Part shown: piece after piece, positions 1 through 13,058 of the stretch
Layout of the letters: each line of letters opens with the position of its first letter
Numbering within the stretch: position 1 is the first letter of the stretch
Origin: Camelus ferus
Lineage: Eukaryota
Direction: 5' to 3'
Assembly (NCBI RefSeq): GCF_009834535.1
Contig: NC_045696.1
Location: 9,736,001 to 9,800,000 of the forward strand
DNA length: 64,000 nt
The notes under the pieces: model-generated
Told to the model about the DNA's origin: nothing
Seen by the model: the letters and a program-made list of their open reading frames with translations, nothing else
Database searches by the model: none
Translations under genes and position numbers: made by a program

Positions 1-984
1 GTGAGACACTACTGTCTACTCGAGAATATTCAACATAGCATAGCTTTTGACATTCAAATGTTGGAAATTACCAAAATGTCTAATGAAATTTGAATTAGCC
101 AAATGGATAACGGTACATTCATTCCAGAATCCACAGAACCAAAAAATAATACGAAAGAAGAATTCATTAGAGGGGCAATGTCAAGTTAAAAGAGAAAGTT
201 ACGAATCATTAAGGTTATTATAAATTTTCATAAATATTTGCATGGTATAACTTCATGTCATCTTTACTTTCAAGCATTCTGCACACAGTCTGCACACAAG
301 AGAGACAGTCAAAGTATTTAACAACTGGTTTTCATGAATGATGTGCCATCACCCCAAATACAGGCTCTGGGATTATTTTTATTAACTACTTTGTGTATCA
401 ACTATCCCCACACAAAGTAGTTTTATCAAATTATTTAAGTACTTAATTAATTACTTTGCATTATTTAATTATAACTAAATCATTCAACTGTTCAAATAAA
501 TAGTATTATTTAATTACCCACGTATTAGTAACTTCACTAACTTCTTTGTGTGCTTTCATATTTTCAACTTTTTTATACTGAAAATAATTTACTTATCAAA
601 AAGCAATAATACAGTTAAATTAAAAAGTTCGATGTTTGGGTATTTTTCATCCACTGTCCTTTATGCAGCCCTCCCAGCCTCTGATCCGTGTCTGTTCTCC
701 ATTTGGAATCCCAAAAGCTACTCAAGCAACTTTGTTTCTCAAAAGCCATCAGAATCTGAACTTAACATCAGTAACTAGATGTTTGCCCTTGACAGAGTGT
801 CAGACGGTAACATCCCTGCACACCTGGGGGTGCCAAGCAGAGGGGACAAATTTGGAAGCCTCTTAATGTCCTGCTTATTGGGCAATGCTCCCAGCGTTGA
901 TAACAGAATAAATCGCGGTCACAGTTCTGAAGAGCAATCCAACCCCGTCCATCAAAAGGTGTTTTGTTTGTTCGTTTGTTTTTC

Positions 985-1112
985 TTGAAGTAGTCAATTT
1001 ACAATGTTGTGCTAATTTCTGGTATAGAGCATTACAGTATAGGGATTTATTTATACCATAATATATATACATATTCCTTTTCATATTCTTTTTCACTGTA
1101 GGCCATACAAGG
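985..1112 (-). mobile_element. Short L1 3'-end fragment, cetartiodactyl type
   Basis: ttgaagtagtcaatttacaatgttgtgctaatttctgg... is the reverse complement of an L1 3' terminus, preceded by a T-rich degenerate tail. Similar to 1965-2043 and 18530-18700. Confidence 0.75.
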
Positions 1113-1139
1113 TATGTGTTACACACTACATCAAAGCTT

Positions 1140-1580
1140 TAAGTGCACAAACCATGGACTCAGCATTTACCCTGCAGATTGGCTCATACCCTTACAGAAT
1201 GGTGTCTGCATAATATACTCCCTAGAGTGTTTTTGGAAATAGCAAAAGCATGGGAAATAAATCCAATGTCTATTAATAGAGGCTCATTAATATATGGGAA
1301 ATCCACTACAGTTGCCAAAAACGTAAAGTAAAACTACATGTATCCAAAATGTATCAATAAATAAAAAATTTAAATCTGCAGAACAGGTATACTTGATCCC
1401 ATTTGTGTCAAAAGGGGAAAAAAAAAGAAAAAAAAACCTGTATCTGCAAATATAACATCTCTGGAAAGGTCCATAAGAAGTGGGACTTAAGGGACTCCGG
1501 GGAGGGAGGGGTGACTGGTTGGGGCTCTTTTTCTTTCCACTTCACAGCCTTTTGCAGTATTTTAACTTTTTGTCATGAGT
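1140..1580 (+). mobile_element. Old L1 (L1M) 3' region fragment
   Basis: Degenerate L1 3' motifs (atagcaaaagcatgggaaataaatccaatgtctattaatag; tatctgcaaatataacatctctggaaagg). Confidence 0.5.
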
Positions 1581-1964
1581 AACCATAGTTTTTAAAGATC
1601 TGCCTCCTGACATCTGAGGACAGGACAGGCGTAGACAAAACAGCAGACACAGGCCGCTGAGCCAGGCAAGGGCTCTCAAGTCTGGGTCAGTAATTTACAT
1701 GTCAGGGTCTTGCCCACAGAGTGATTTCCATTTTAGAAGTCAAGGTCATCTCAGGGCAGTGCTTCTCAAACTTTTCCACAGAAGTACCCCCGATGACAAA
1801 ACAGAACAAACACGTAACCTCAGGGGATGAAGGAAACTGGCCCAAACCTCTGCCTCAAGCAAAATTTCTTTCATATTCAAACTACCTTAAAATTTCAAGC
1901 AAATTTTGACTTGATTTTACTCCACAATAGAGTCATCTTTGGCTTATTGTAAAAATTAATTTTC

Positions 1965-2043
1965 TCTGTATGACTGAAACATGATGCTAGACCCCAGAAA
2001 TTGATACAACATTGTAAATTGACTATGCTCAATAAAAAAAAAG
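1965..2043 (+). mobile_element. Heavily 5'-truncated L1 3' end with poly(A)
   Basis: ccagaaattgatacaacattgtaaattgactatgctcaataaaaaaaaag: L1 terminus with AATAAA and A-tail. Confidence 0.7.
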
Positions 2044-2699
2044 AATGCAAGTGTTTTTTTAAAAAAAAGTTTTCTCTTTGAATCTTATTTGTGGAATTCT
2101 GGTCACTATCTTGGTAAATTCTTAACTTCCATTTTAAATGGATAAAAATTCTAAATAAAATTTAAGAAGAAAAAAAAAATGTATCCCTAGTCAGGAAAGT
2201 GAAATTGCTAATGGGAACTCAAGATGAAGGGCTCATGGAAAAGCAGGCTTTGATAGAGGCTGGGGGATGGGGAGTTTCAAATGTAATGTTCACATGAAAA
2301 GAGTCTGGATCTGACTCTAGAGGCCAAGGAGTGAGAACTGATCTAAATCATGGGCCGGGAGTCACAAACACTGCTCTAGACTTGAAATACGAAAAGGATT
2401 AGAAACATTCTACCCACCAGTCTGCAAAGTGACGAGGAAGCTGGTCATCTGCTTGGATTTTGGGGGAGAAGATGAGAAAGCAGAAATCCAGGTCAGCACT
2501 GGGAACGGAAGTAAGTTCCCACCCTGCCTAGCCCAGTGGCCTCAAGCCACAACATCAATGTCAAAAGTAGTTGAGCACCAGAGAAATTCGCAAGGGCTCT
2601 GGGAGAACAAAACGCGAAACTGTTCGGTGGAGGTGGTCTTCAAACCCAGGAAACTGGGGCTTAAACTATTCAAATATAAGCCACACTGAAGATAAACTG

Positions 2700-4035
2700 A
2701 AATAAAAAAACTGCATGAGAAAATGGACCAGAATGAGGGAAAATCACAGATGCAATAAATGAGAAAAATTGTATATCAAAAACCAAATATAATAGGATGG
2801 TATAAATGAGATACTTAACACTTTTAAAAATATAAGAGAGGAAATAAACTATAGGAACAGAACGAAAATAGAACAGAGATATTGCTAAAGGACCAAATGG
2901 AAGTTTGAGAAAGGAAACATAAACTTTCTATACGAAAATGCAATTGATATGATCAAAGTTGCTATAGACGAGAGCACTGGTGGACTGGAAGATTAAAGGA
3001 AATTACCCAACACCCTTCAAAAAAATTAATAAAGGGATGGAAAATATGAGAGAGAAGTTAAGAAACATGAACAATTGAGTGGGAAAGCACAAAATATATC
3101 TAAAATGAGTTCCAATACAGAAAAGAAAAATTGGGTGATATTCAAAGAGGTAATGGCTGAGAATTTTTCACTATCAAAGTAAGATATGAACCCATAGTTA
3201 AAGAACTATATGGAAATCTGGAAAGGATCATTAAAATAGATGCATAGCTATCATAGTGAAACTACAGAATACCAAAGACAAAGAGAAAAATATATCTTCA
3301 AAGCTCTGCAGGGCAAGTGGGGAAAAATTTACCAAGGTTAAAGGAGAACTAAAACTATGTAATGCATTCAAAAGAATCGTGAACATCTTCTTTTCAAGTG
3401 ACCACAGAACCAACCTCAAAATTTCCAAAAAACAAAAACAGAACAGACAACATTCTTTAATGACAATGTAGAAATGAATGTCAAAAATCCAAAAGCCAAA
3501 AGCCCTAAGTAGCTGGAAAATGTTAAACATTCTTTCAAATAAATGTTGAATCAAAGAAAAAATACAAACTGATATTGCAGAATGGCAGAAGGTGACACCA
3601 CAGAAGAGACGTCATCAGTTCCCATGGCAGTATGGTTAAAGCAGTGCTTATAGACTTTTATTAGTACAGAAAAAATAAAAGGAAATGAATGAAGCAACAT
3701 AAAAATAAGTTACAAAAAATTAAATTGAAGGATACAATAGCTGAAGGAACAAATTAATAAAGTCATAATGTAATGATCATCAAACAAGATTGTAGAACTA
3801 ATTAACAAAATCAAAAGCTGTTTCTTTGAGAAACAAAGTAACAATAAAGTATATAAGCTTATGGTTAATAACATCAAGAGGAAGGAAGAGCAAATATATA
3901 AAATGAGATTAAATGAATCCAAATAACCAGAGAAACCACGGAAATCAAGCAAATCATATTAAAAGTAGTTTGTCCAAGGTTATAAAAATAAATTTTCAAG
4001 TACATTTGAAAAGATGAAAAGGGCAGTGTTCTAGA
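2700..4035 (+). mobile_element. Ancient L1 (L1M), degenerate ORF1 and start of ORF2
   Basis: A-rich strand bias. ORF1-type motifs aatggctgagaattttt and aaactacagaataccaaagacaaagagaaaa (KLQNTKDKEK in ORF 3256..3471); ORF2-type caaaagctgtttctttgag. Confidence 0.75.
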
Positions 4036-4037
4036 AC

Positions 4038-4145
4038 TGAGAGCTCCAATACAGTAGCTACCAGCTACATGTGGAAATTGAGCATTTAAACGTGGCTAGT
4101 TTACGTTGAGATGTCTTGTAAGGGTAAAATGCACACTGGACTTCG
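4038..4145. mobile_element. hAT-Charlie MITE fragment (MER3/MER33-like), truncated
   Basis: tccaatacagtagctaccagctacatgtgg...gagcatttaaacgtggctagt matches the recalled MER3/MER33 core. Confidence 0.6.
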
Positions 4146-6460
4146 GTAATTCAATAGGGATTGCACTGAATCTGTAGATTGCCTTGGGAAGTATGGCCAT
4201 TTTAACAGTACTGATTCTTCCAATCCAAGAATATGGCACATCTTTCCATCCACATCATCTTCAGTTTCTTTCATCATGTCTTACCGTTTTCGAAGTACAT
4301 GTCTTTTGCCTCCTTAAGTAGGTTTTTTCTAGGTATTTTATTCTTTTTGGTGTGATGGTAAATGGGATTGTTTCCTTAATTACTCTTTCTGCTATTTCTT
4401 TGTTAGTGTATAGAAATGCAACAGATTTATGCATATTAATTTTGTATCCTGCAACTTTACCAAATTCAGTCATGAGCTCTGGTTTTCTGGTAGTATCTTT
4501 AGAATTTTCTAGGTATAGTATCATGTCATCTACAAACAGCGACAGTTTTACTATTTCTTTTCCAGCTTGGATTCCTTTTCTTTCTTTTCCTTTTCTGATG
4601 GCTGTGACTAGGACTTCCAAAACTATGTTGAATAAAAGTGGTGAGAGTGGGCATCCTTGTCTTGTTCCTGATCTTAGAGGAAATACTTCCAGTTTCTCAC
4701 TGTTGAGTATGATGTTAGCCATGGGTTTGTCACATATGGCCTTGATTATGTTGAGGTATGTTCTCTCTGTGTCCACTTTCTGGAGAGTTTTATCACGAAC
4801 GGACACTGAATTTTATCAAAAAGATTTTTCTGCATCTATTGAGATGATCATGTGGTTTTTATTCTTTGATTTGTTGATGTGGTGTATCACACTGATTGAT
4901 TCTGCAAGGAAAAGTCCTTGCACCCCTTGGATAAATCCCACTTCACTATGGTGTATGAGCTTTTTAATGTATTGTTGGATTCCGTTTGCTAGTATTTTGT
5001 TGAGAATTTTTGCATGTATGTTCATCAGTGATATTGGCCTGCAATTTTCCTTTTTGTGATACCTTTGGGGGGGTTGTTTGTTTGTTTGTTTGTTTGTTTG
5101 TTTTTATCAGGATGCTGCTGGCCTCATAGAATGTGTTCCTTCCTCTGCAATTTTTTGGAATAGTTTCAGAAGGATAGGTATTAACTCCTCTAAATCTTGG
5201 GTAGAATTTGCTTGTGAAGCCATCTGGTCCTGAACTTTTGCTTGTAGGGAGTTTTTAAATTACTGATTCAAGTTCAGTACTAGTAATCGATCTTCATATT
5301 TTCTATTTCTTCCTGGTTTTGTCTTGGGAGATTGTACTTATGAATTCATCTATTTCTTCTAGTTTGTCCAATTTATCAGTGTATAGTTGCTCATAGTAGT
5401 CTCTTAAGATCCTTTCCATTTCTGTGATGTTGGTTGTAACTTGTCCTTTTTCATTTTTGATTTTACTGATTTGGGCCCTCTCTCTTTTCCTCTTGATAAA
5501 TCTGGTTTATCAATTTTGTTTATCTTTTAAAAAAAAAAACAGCCTTTAGTTTCACTGAGCTTGTCTATTTTTTTGTCTCCATTTCATGTATTTCTGCTCT
5601 GATCTTTATGATTTCTTTCCTTCTACTAACTTTGGGTTTTGTTTGTTCTTCTTTCTCTAGTTGCTTTACATATAAGGTTACGTTGCTCTTTGAGATCTTT
5701 CTTGTTTCCTGAGGTAAGTTTGTATAGCTATAAAACTGCCTCTTACAACTTATCTTGCTGTATCCCATATGGTTTGGGTCATTGTGTTTTCATTTTCATT
5801 TGTCTCTAGGTATTTTTTGAATTTCTCTTTGACTTCTTCAGTGATTCATTGGTTTTTTAGTAGTATATTGTTTAGCTTCCATGTGTTTGTGTTTTTTGCA
5901 GTTTTTTTTTCTTGTAGTTGATTTCTAATCTCATAGCATTATGGTGGGAAAAGATGCTTGATGTGATTTCAGTTTTCTTAAATTTACCAAGACTTGTTTT
6001 GTGGCCCAGCATTTGATCTGTTCTGGAGAATGTTCTGTGTGCACTTGAAAAGAATGTGTCTTCTGCTACTTTCGGATGGAATGCTCTATAAATATCAGTA
6101 AGCCCATCTGGTCTAATGTGTCCTTTAAGGCCTATGTTTCCCTATTGATTTTCTGTCTGGATGATCTGTCCATTGATGTAAGTGGGGTGTTAAAGTCTCC
6201 AGTTATTATTGTGTTACTGTGAAATTCTCCTTTTATGTCTGTTAACATCTGCCTTCTATATATATATATAGTGCTCCTATATTGGGTGCATATGTGTTTA
6301 CAATTATTGTAACTTCTTCCTGGATTGATCCCTTGATCATTATGTGGTATCCTTCTTTGTCTCTTGTAACAGTATTTTAAAGTCTATTTTGTCTAAGTAT
6401 TGCTATTCTAGCTTTCCTTTGATTTTTATTCGCATGGAGTACCTTTTTCCATCCCTCAAC
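4146..6460 (-). mobile_element. Younger L1 internal fragment covering ORF2 endonuclease through reverse transcriptase, frameshifted
   Basis: Minus-strand ORFs give clear ORF2p peptides: [20 protein letters not shown]...[14 protein letters not shown] (4261..4806), [18 protein letters not shown]...[11 protein letters not shown] (4816..5025), KQLEKEEQTKPKVSRRKEIIKIRAEI (5565..5768). Confidence 0.95.
5072..5105 (+). repeat. (GTTT)n microsatellite inside L1
   Basis: Direct reading. Confidence 0.9.
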
Positions 6461-6629
6461 TAGCTTTTTAATTGTACTTTTTTGTGTGCAGATTCTAATG
6501 TATATATTGCATATATACACATGCATAAATACATTTATAAATTCATCTACTTGTACAGTTTATGTTTGTGCATTCATATACACTTCAGTTTTGTGCACTT
6601 TTACTATCAATAAAAATGTTAACAAATAT

Positions 6630-8895
6630 ATTAGCAAACAGAGTTTATCAGGGGATAAAAATTATAATGTACATCATGACCAAATAGAGCCTATTCCAGG
6701 AATACAAGGATGATACAGCATTAGGAAATTCACTTAATTCTACGGAGAAAATTATGTAGTCACCTCAATATATATTCAAACAGAATTTTGACAATATTTG
6801 ACAATTCATTCTTGATTTTTCAAAGCCAATAGCACAGGAATAGACATAGCTTTAAGCTACATATAACCTCAAAACCAAATGTGTGCCTAATTAAGAAATA
6901 CTAGAAGCTTTTACCCATAAACCAGAAATGAAACAAATATTTGCTCACTATCACACTCATGCTATTTAATTTTGTACCAGCAGTAGTAGCCAATACAATT
7001 AGAAACAGTAGAATTGAAGGTATAAAAGTTGAGCAAAAAGACATAAAACTATCACTATTTACAGGTGATTTGCTTTATAATTTGAAACCCCAAAAGAAAT
7101 GAGTGAAAACTACTGCAGTCAATATGAGAATTCAATTGAATATCTAAAATTAATATACAGAAATCAATAGCTTTTGTTTATACAAGCAAAATCAGTTAGG
7201 CAATATAATGGAAGAAAAACCCTCATTTACAGTAAAAAAAAAATAAAATATTTAAAATAAGCTTAAAAGATACATGCAAGACCTACATAACCTTTTAAAT
7301 ATTCATAAAAGAAAGAGAGGGATTTCATAAATGAGAAGACATACCATGTTCTTGGATAAGTAGACAACTTTATGTCAATTTCCCTTACCTTATAAATGTT
7401 AATTAATAAGTATTATCTCAATAAATATATTTTAAAAATTTTTATCTATACAAGGTGATTCTAAGTTTCACATGGAAAAATAAACAAGAATAACCCAGAT
7501 AATTCTGATTTTAAAAAATAAGAAAGAATAGTTATACTATATATTAAAGTACACTTAAAATCTTCAATAATTAAAACATTGTCAGAGTAGAATATGATTT
7601 GTCAGACTGACATAGCACACAATTGAAAATCCTGAAAAATACCCAATTACATATGGAAATGTTGTTCAAGATAAAGGTGACATCTCAGATACATGGGGAA
7701 AAGATGGACTATTCAAAAAGTGGTATTGATAAATATTTTTAAGATAGTCTTCATATCTACAGGAGAATAAATTCCAACTGTATCAAACATTTGGACATAA
7801 AAAGAAAAAATAAAAATACTAAAGCAGAAATGGGAAATGAGGGATGTCTTGCTATGACTTAAAATCTAGAAGCCACAAAATAAACAGTTCACAATTTCAA
7901 CTACATGGAAATCAAAAACTTATGCATGGCAGGAACCAAACTAATGTTTAAGAACACCCCAATGCAAAGTTATTAAGTAAAACAAAACTACACATAACTC
8001 ATACCATAAAGGGCTAATTTCTAGAATATTGTATAAAAAGCTCCTGCAAATTGATGACACAAAAGACCAAAAAACAAATAGAACATGGGCATGAGTGTGG
8101 ACAGTTACAGGAAATATACTTGGTTCTGAAACATACAAAATATGCTCAAAGTCAATCACAGTAAGAAATATAAAATTAAAACCACATTGATTTTTTTTTT
8201 TAAATTTTATCAGAAATGGCAAAAATTCAAAAGTTTGAAAGCAAATGCTGTTGGTGGGCTGTGGAAACACAGGCAGTCTCCCTCCTACGTTGCTCCTGGA
8301 AGCAGAAATTGGCATACCCCCCACGGAGAGTAATTTGGCAACATCTGTCCACATTAGAGATGCAGTTACCCTTTGACTCAGCACTTTCACTTTTAGGAAT
8401 TTACCTTCTGCATAAACATAATCGTGTGCTACATGAAGAACTACAAAGTTCTCCATGGCTACGTTGTTTGAAAGCAAAAGATTGCAAAGACTTAAATGTC
8501 CATCTACAAGGGATTGTTTGGGCACATTTTGGATAGTCACCATCAGTGAAGAAGAATGATGACACACTTCATGTACCAAGATAGAAAGATCTCCAAGACA
8601 TACTGTTAACTGAATAGAACAAGGTAGAAAACGCTGGCTGGATCGTGTACTACCAAGCAAGTGGAAAAGGTGTGGAGAGCTGAGTGAGAGTATACATTCA
8701 ATTTGCTTGTATGTGCGAAAAGAAGGCAGGAGGAAGAGTGGGGTAGAAGGAGGAGAAGAATCTCTAGAAAGATAAACAAATTAATAACAGCGGCTACCTC
8801 TTGATGGGGAGGGCTAAGTTCTGAGCAAATGGGAAAGAACACTTTCCACTGTGTACTGTTTTATAATTGTTGATTTTTTGAACCATATGTTATAT
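6630..8895 (+). mobile_element. Ancient L1 (L1MC/ME-like), degenerate RT region through 3' UTR; probable continuation of 2700-4035
   Basis: gaccaaatagagcctattccaggaatacaaggatg (DQ..IPGIQG), aattaatatacagaaatcaatagc, gacataccatgttcttggata, aaagatggactattcaa and gtaatttggcaacatct occur in L1 order. Confidence 0.85.
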
Positions 8896-10239
8896 CACTT
8901 ATTCAAAACGTTAAATAAGTAAAACGTTTGGCTCTGAGAAGGAAGTAGAGGACAGTGGCCCCTCTGCCCCTGTCTGGTGGCCCCAGGAGCAGCCAGGCTC
9001 CCACTGGGTTGAGGAATGAGCATGCATGGTTGTCTTGGTTTCACAGAGCCAGCCCCGGTGTGTGCAGCTGACTCTCTGGAAGGTTTCAGAACTTGTTCAG
9101 ACCTGTCCAGGGAGGTCAAGGGTGATTCTAGAGCGAGAAGCCCAGGGTGGAGACACCCTGCAGTGATGAACCTTGCGAATTCAGAATGGAGCCCCTGCCC
9201 CCTAAGCTAGGAGGGAAGTGCCTGGGCGGCCTCTGAGGGGCCAACACCAGTGTGTTTTAGAGCTAGCTGCCGGGAAGGAGCGCTGGGCCACCTGGCCAGT
9301 TCTGCATAGGGCTGTGCGTGGCAAGGCATTGTGGCATTTTCTGAACTGGCCTCATCAGATTTCTCTATCCCTGATCACCCTTCTTGCCCGTGAGAGGCCT
9401 CAGACAAGATTACAAAAGCAAGGAGGGCCAGAGACCTGGAAAGGAGACTGGCCCGTCAGCAGAATGCAGCTGCCCCCAGGCCCTTGGCCCAGGACCCAGC
9501 ACTGGCCTAGTTAAAGATGTGAGGCTGCAGCCTGGACACCGGATTCCATTTTGTAATTTCCCGAGGGGGCATTCCATCCAGCTGCCAGCATATTCATTTA
9601 CTACCTTGGGAGGCCTTGTCTCACTGTGTGGCTGGAGGACCGTCCCAGCAGCCCCACCTGTGGGCTGGCAACACTGGCCAGGGTGTAAGGGCTGCCAGGG
9701 CCTGCAGGCCTCCCTGACCAGGAGGGAGGGGACTCTCTGCTTCTCAACTTCAGTCAGTCCTTTCATCCACAAAGCATTGCTGGCACCTGCTAAGATCCTG
9801 ACACAATCCCGGGGTGCCCCTGGGGTTCCAAAGCCCCCAGCTTCCTCCTGTTTCCAGGCCCCTCCGCACAATTTAGCAAGTGTGAGAAACTATCTTGTCT
9901 TGGTCACCGCTTCCTTTTTTGCAGCTACACTTCATTCCCAACAAGACTGTGGCCTCCTTGAAGCATGGACCTGTGTTCTACTTCCTTGTGTCCCCCAGAG
10001 ACCTCAGAATGCTCTCCGACACAGCAAAGCTTTTGATAAATGCTTGCTGGTGGCTTCCCAGCGTCCAAGTTAGAGATAAAGTTGCAATGCAGTCAGTCAA
10101 GACTCAAGGTGGCTCCTCAGCACTGCTGTCCCATGACTGTCCAGAATCCTCACCTTCAAAGCCTTACCAGCCTTTCCTAACCCCTGCTCCCCACCTCCAC
10201 CCCGCGTCCAGCCTGACCTTGTCCACATCACTCACTCCC

Positions 10240-10620
10240 CTCCAGGGACCATGCCTGTTCCTCCTCCAGGGAGAGCCACAGTCCCACCTCAGGCCCTTAG
10301 CACAGTCTGGTACCCCCCCCCCGGAATGTTCTTCCCCCAGAAATCCATAGGGCTCACCCCCTCACCTCCTTGTCAGGCCTCTGCTCAAAGCCCACCTTCT
10401 CAATGAAGTCTCTCTTCCTTACTCTGTTCAAAATCGCTTCCCTGTCCCTCTTTCCTGCTTTAGTTTTCTACACATCACTTGTCACCACCTAAAATACTCT
10501 TCAGTTCTCTGATTTATTTTATTATCTGTCTCCCTCATGACAATGGTAGCTTCGCAAGAGCAGGGATTGTTGTGTATCCGCAAGCACGAAGCAGGTGTTC
10601 AGTATACCTACTGAATGCAG
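10240..10620 (+). mobile_element. L2 (L2a-like) 3' fragment
   Basis: ggaatgttcttcccccaga...ctgctcaaagcccaccttctca...atttattttattatctgtctccc...gtgttcagtatacctactgaatg. Confidence 0.7.
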
Positions 10621-10814
10621 TATATACATTAATACAGTACATTAATACATGTATTGGTTAACTGATGTAGCCATGACTCTTTGTCAAAGTTAATCCAACT
10701 AAAAACCATGTATATTGCTTATGCATGTGGATTAAAAAACACTTCCATATATTTCTTGACAAACAGTTTTATAGACATGATTTCATTTTACTTTAGTCTC
10801 AGGAATTGTTATTA

Positions 10815-10925
10815 TTTGGATTTTCCAGAGGTAAAATAAGACTCGGGGAACTTAGGAGATTTTCCAGGACCTTCAGCTGGTCGCTAGCAGACCTGGGACG
10901 GCCAGGTCTTTGTCACCTTAAGCTT
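10815..10925 (-). mobile_element. MIR fragment
   Basis: Degenerate reverse-strand MIR core. Confidence 0.45.
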
Positions 10926-11899
10926 AGCTTGGCTCACTTATCTCAGGCTTTTGGACCCCTGGTGGCCCCTTCTCTCCTTTCTGTTCTGTGGATAATTCCT
11001 TTCAGAACAAAAACCTGTATTTCCTCCTTTCCCCGCTCTTTCCCCCTCCGCCCAGACAGCTGAGGCCCATCACCCCTCCCCCTTCCAGCCCCAGAAGAAG
11101 CCACTGTGGCGGGTTTGGGCAGAGGCTTCTTGGGCAAGGTTGCATTCTAATTTTTGGACTCTGTTCACTAGGTCTTTTACATTGCGAGGAGCAGAAACAG
11201 GTCTGGATCTTCTGAAATAATGGGGATTTATTGCAATAATTCACGTGGAGTTAAGAAAGACAGGGATCTGGTAACACAGTGCAGCTTCATGGAAACGCAG
11301 CGGCATGCCCACCACCCTCACCCCGGGGCTGGAACACAGGCTCCCAGGCGCCTCCCCTTTCTCTGTCTGGCTAACTCCTATCCTTCCATCTCGGATCTGC
11401 ATCCCCGCCTCCCAGGCAGTGGCAGACTAGCAAAATGTCTCTCCTTTTTGGCCCTGGAATTTTCTGTGCATCTCTGGGTCGAGGCTCTGATCCTATTGCA
11501 GATCTGGGTCTCCCTCTGCACCTTCATTACACTCACACCTTGCTAACCCCCTAACCCTTTGTTCTCTAGGATCCACCGGTCACTTCTAAAAGGGCACCGT
11601 AGTTCACGGGTGGATAGATCTTGAAAGGTGCCCCATTCATTCATTGTACGAACTCTGATGGGGTTGCAAAGCCTGGAGGGGTAACTTGGGGGACAATTCC
11701 GAACAGGACTTATATCTTGGGTGGGCAGGCCGAGGGCTGGGGACAGTGGTTTACAACACACACACATACACACACACATACACACCCGCAGTAGGGGGAA
11801 ATGCCATCATAACCCCCTCTCCGAGCAAAGACTCAGACGTGGCTGAAAGTATCTCTCGCAGAGGTGGGAAGAACAAGAGGAAAAAAAGACAGCTCCTGC

Positions 11900-12330
11900 A
11901 CGGTGACTCGGGTGCACGCGGCCCGAAGCCGAGCGGCTTTGCGGGGCTCCCGCCGCCGCGGGCCGGGCTCGGGAGCCGGGGACCAGGGCTGCGGAAGGCG
12001 GAGCGCGCGCCGCCGCCAGGGGCCGCCGCAGACGCCCGCTCGGCGCGTGGAATTTTCCACCGCCCAGCCGAGCTTGCACAATTGCTTCTCATTGGCCGAG
12101 CGGGGGTGTCTGTCCCCGCTTGGGGACGGAGATTAGATTAGCCTGGGAGCCCTCCTCAGTGGGCTTGGCAGGGTTCTGATTAATCAGGTCAGCGGGGCCA
12201 GGGAGGGGAGTGGAGGGAGGGTGGGAGCCAGGAGGAGCCCGCGTCTGTTTTCAAACCCAGCTAAGCCCGGCCTTTGGATGTCACCTTTCTACACAGAAAA
12301 CGCTCCAATGAGCCGGGAACAGTCGAGGGT
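11900..12330. promoter_or_regulatory. CpG island with promoter-like motif arrangement; no linked coding exon seen
   Basis: Very high GC and CpG content at 11915-12130. CCAATGAG on the minus strand (CCAAT 12095-12091) and on the plus strand (12305-12309). kB-like GGAATTTTCC 12049-12058, C/EBP TTGCACAAT 12074-12082, palindrome CTGATTAATCAG 12176-12187. Confidence 0.8.
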
Positions 12331-12949
12331 ATAGATTAGAATTTGCCTCTTCATAGTAAAATTCCCCTAGAAACCGTTGGAAAATAAGATTCCTGATGCC
12401 CAAGTCCTGCTCCCTCCTCCATTCCTCGTCCCCTCCCCCATTTGGTCTCTCTGTCTGGCCCCTGCATTTAACCCTTTGAGCAGCAATGCCATCCACAGAT
12501 TCTATTTTGACAGTGACTTTCGCAGACTCCCCAATCCAATCAGAGCTTCAGAACCGAATAGGTTTCCACGCACCCCCTTCCCCAAGAATCAGTCAGAAAA
12601 TTACCCACAGTGAAATACAGAAACAAGGAGAGTGGCTCTTTTCTGTCTGTTGGAGAATCAGCATAAACTCACACTGACGTTAAAATGCTTAGCAGGACTT
12701 GGGAGACAGTCGCTGTGCTCAGAAAGATTGTCCGCATAATGGAATTTATGTGTGAGCTCATCGTGTTGATTTATGATTAAAACACTCCTTTGGTTTTATT
12801 TTCTCCTGAAGTTTCTGGCGTTAGGAAGCTCCTTTTTGAGAGTTATTGTTAAATCTGCCACAAAGGCAGGCTCTGGCCCTCAATGGATGTTTGGTGGGTG
12901 AATGAATGATGTTCCCTGAGGTCAGGGTCCTTAGAATGACAGTAGGATG

Positions 12950-13058
12950 AGCTTCTGGGTCCTAGTGCTGGCTCTGTCATTTACTTGTCATGTGACCTCA
13001 GACAGCTCAATTTCTTTGAGCCTCAGATTCCTTGTTTTTAAAATGGTGCTAGTAGGTG
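12950..13058 (+). mobile_element. MIR, 5' part (continues at ~14188-14255)
   Basis: ctggctctgtcatttacttgtcatgtgacctc...gagcctcagattccttgtttttaaaatgg is the MIR core. Confidence 0.75.

Noticed and set aside
380..620. Very AT-rich tract with many TAAT/TTAATT words
   Set aside because: Motif density is explained by base composition, and no ordered grammar is visible.
985..2043. Inverted ~40-bp similarity between 985-1022 and 1994-2032
   Set aside because: Two independent L1 3' ends of the same abundant family.
4261..4806. Reverse transcriptase ORF as a possible domesticated or novel RT system
   Set aside because: Ordinary L1 ORF2 fragment broken by frameshifts and stops, with no promoter or partner genes.
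4352..5059. 235-aa hydrophobic ORF resembling a membrane protein
   Set aside because: It is the antisense shadow frame of L1 ORF2.
7941..8660. 239-aa minus-strand ORF
   Set aside because: Antisense to an ancient L1 3' region.
9384..10350. Overlapping 150-230 aa ORFs
   Set aside because: GC-rich and partly L2-derived; no homology or exon structure.
11686..12141. Stack of Arg/Gly/Ala/Pro-rich ORFs on both strands
   Set aside because: Expected stop-codon depletion in a CpG island; no recognisable protein.
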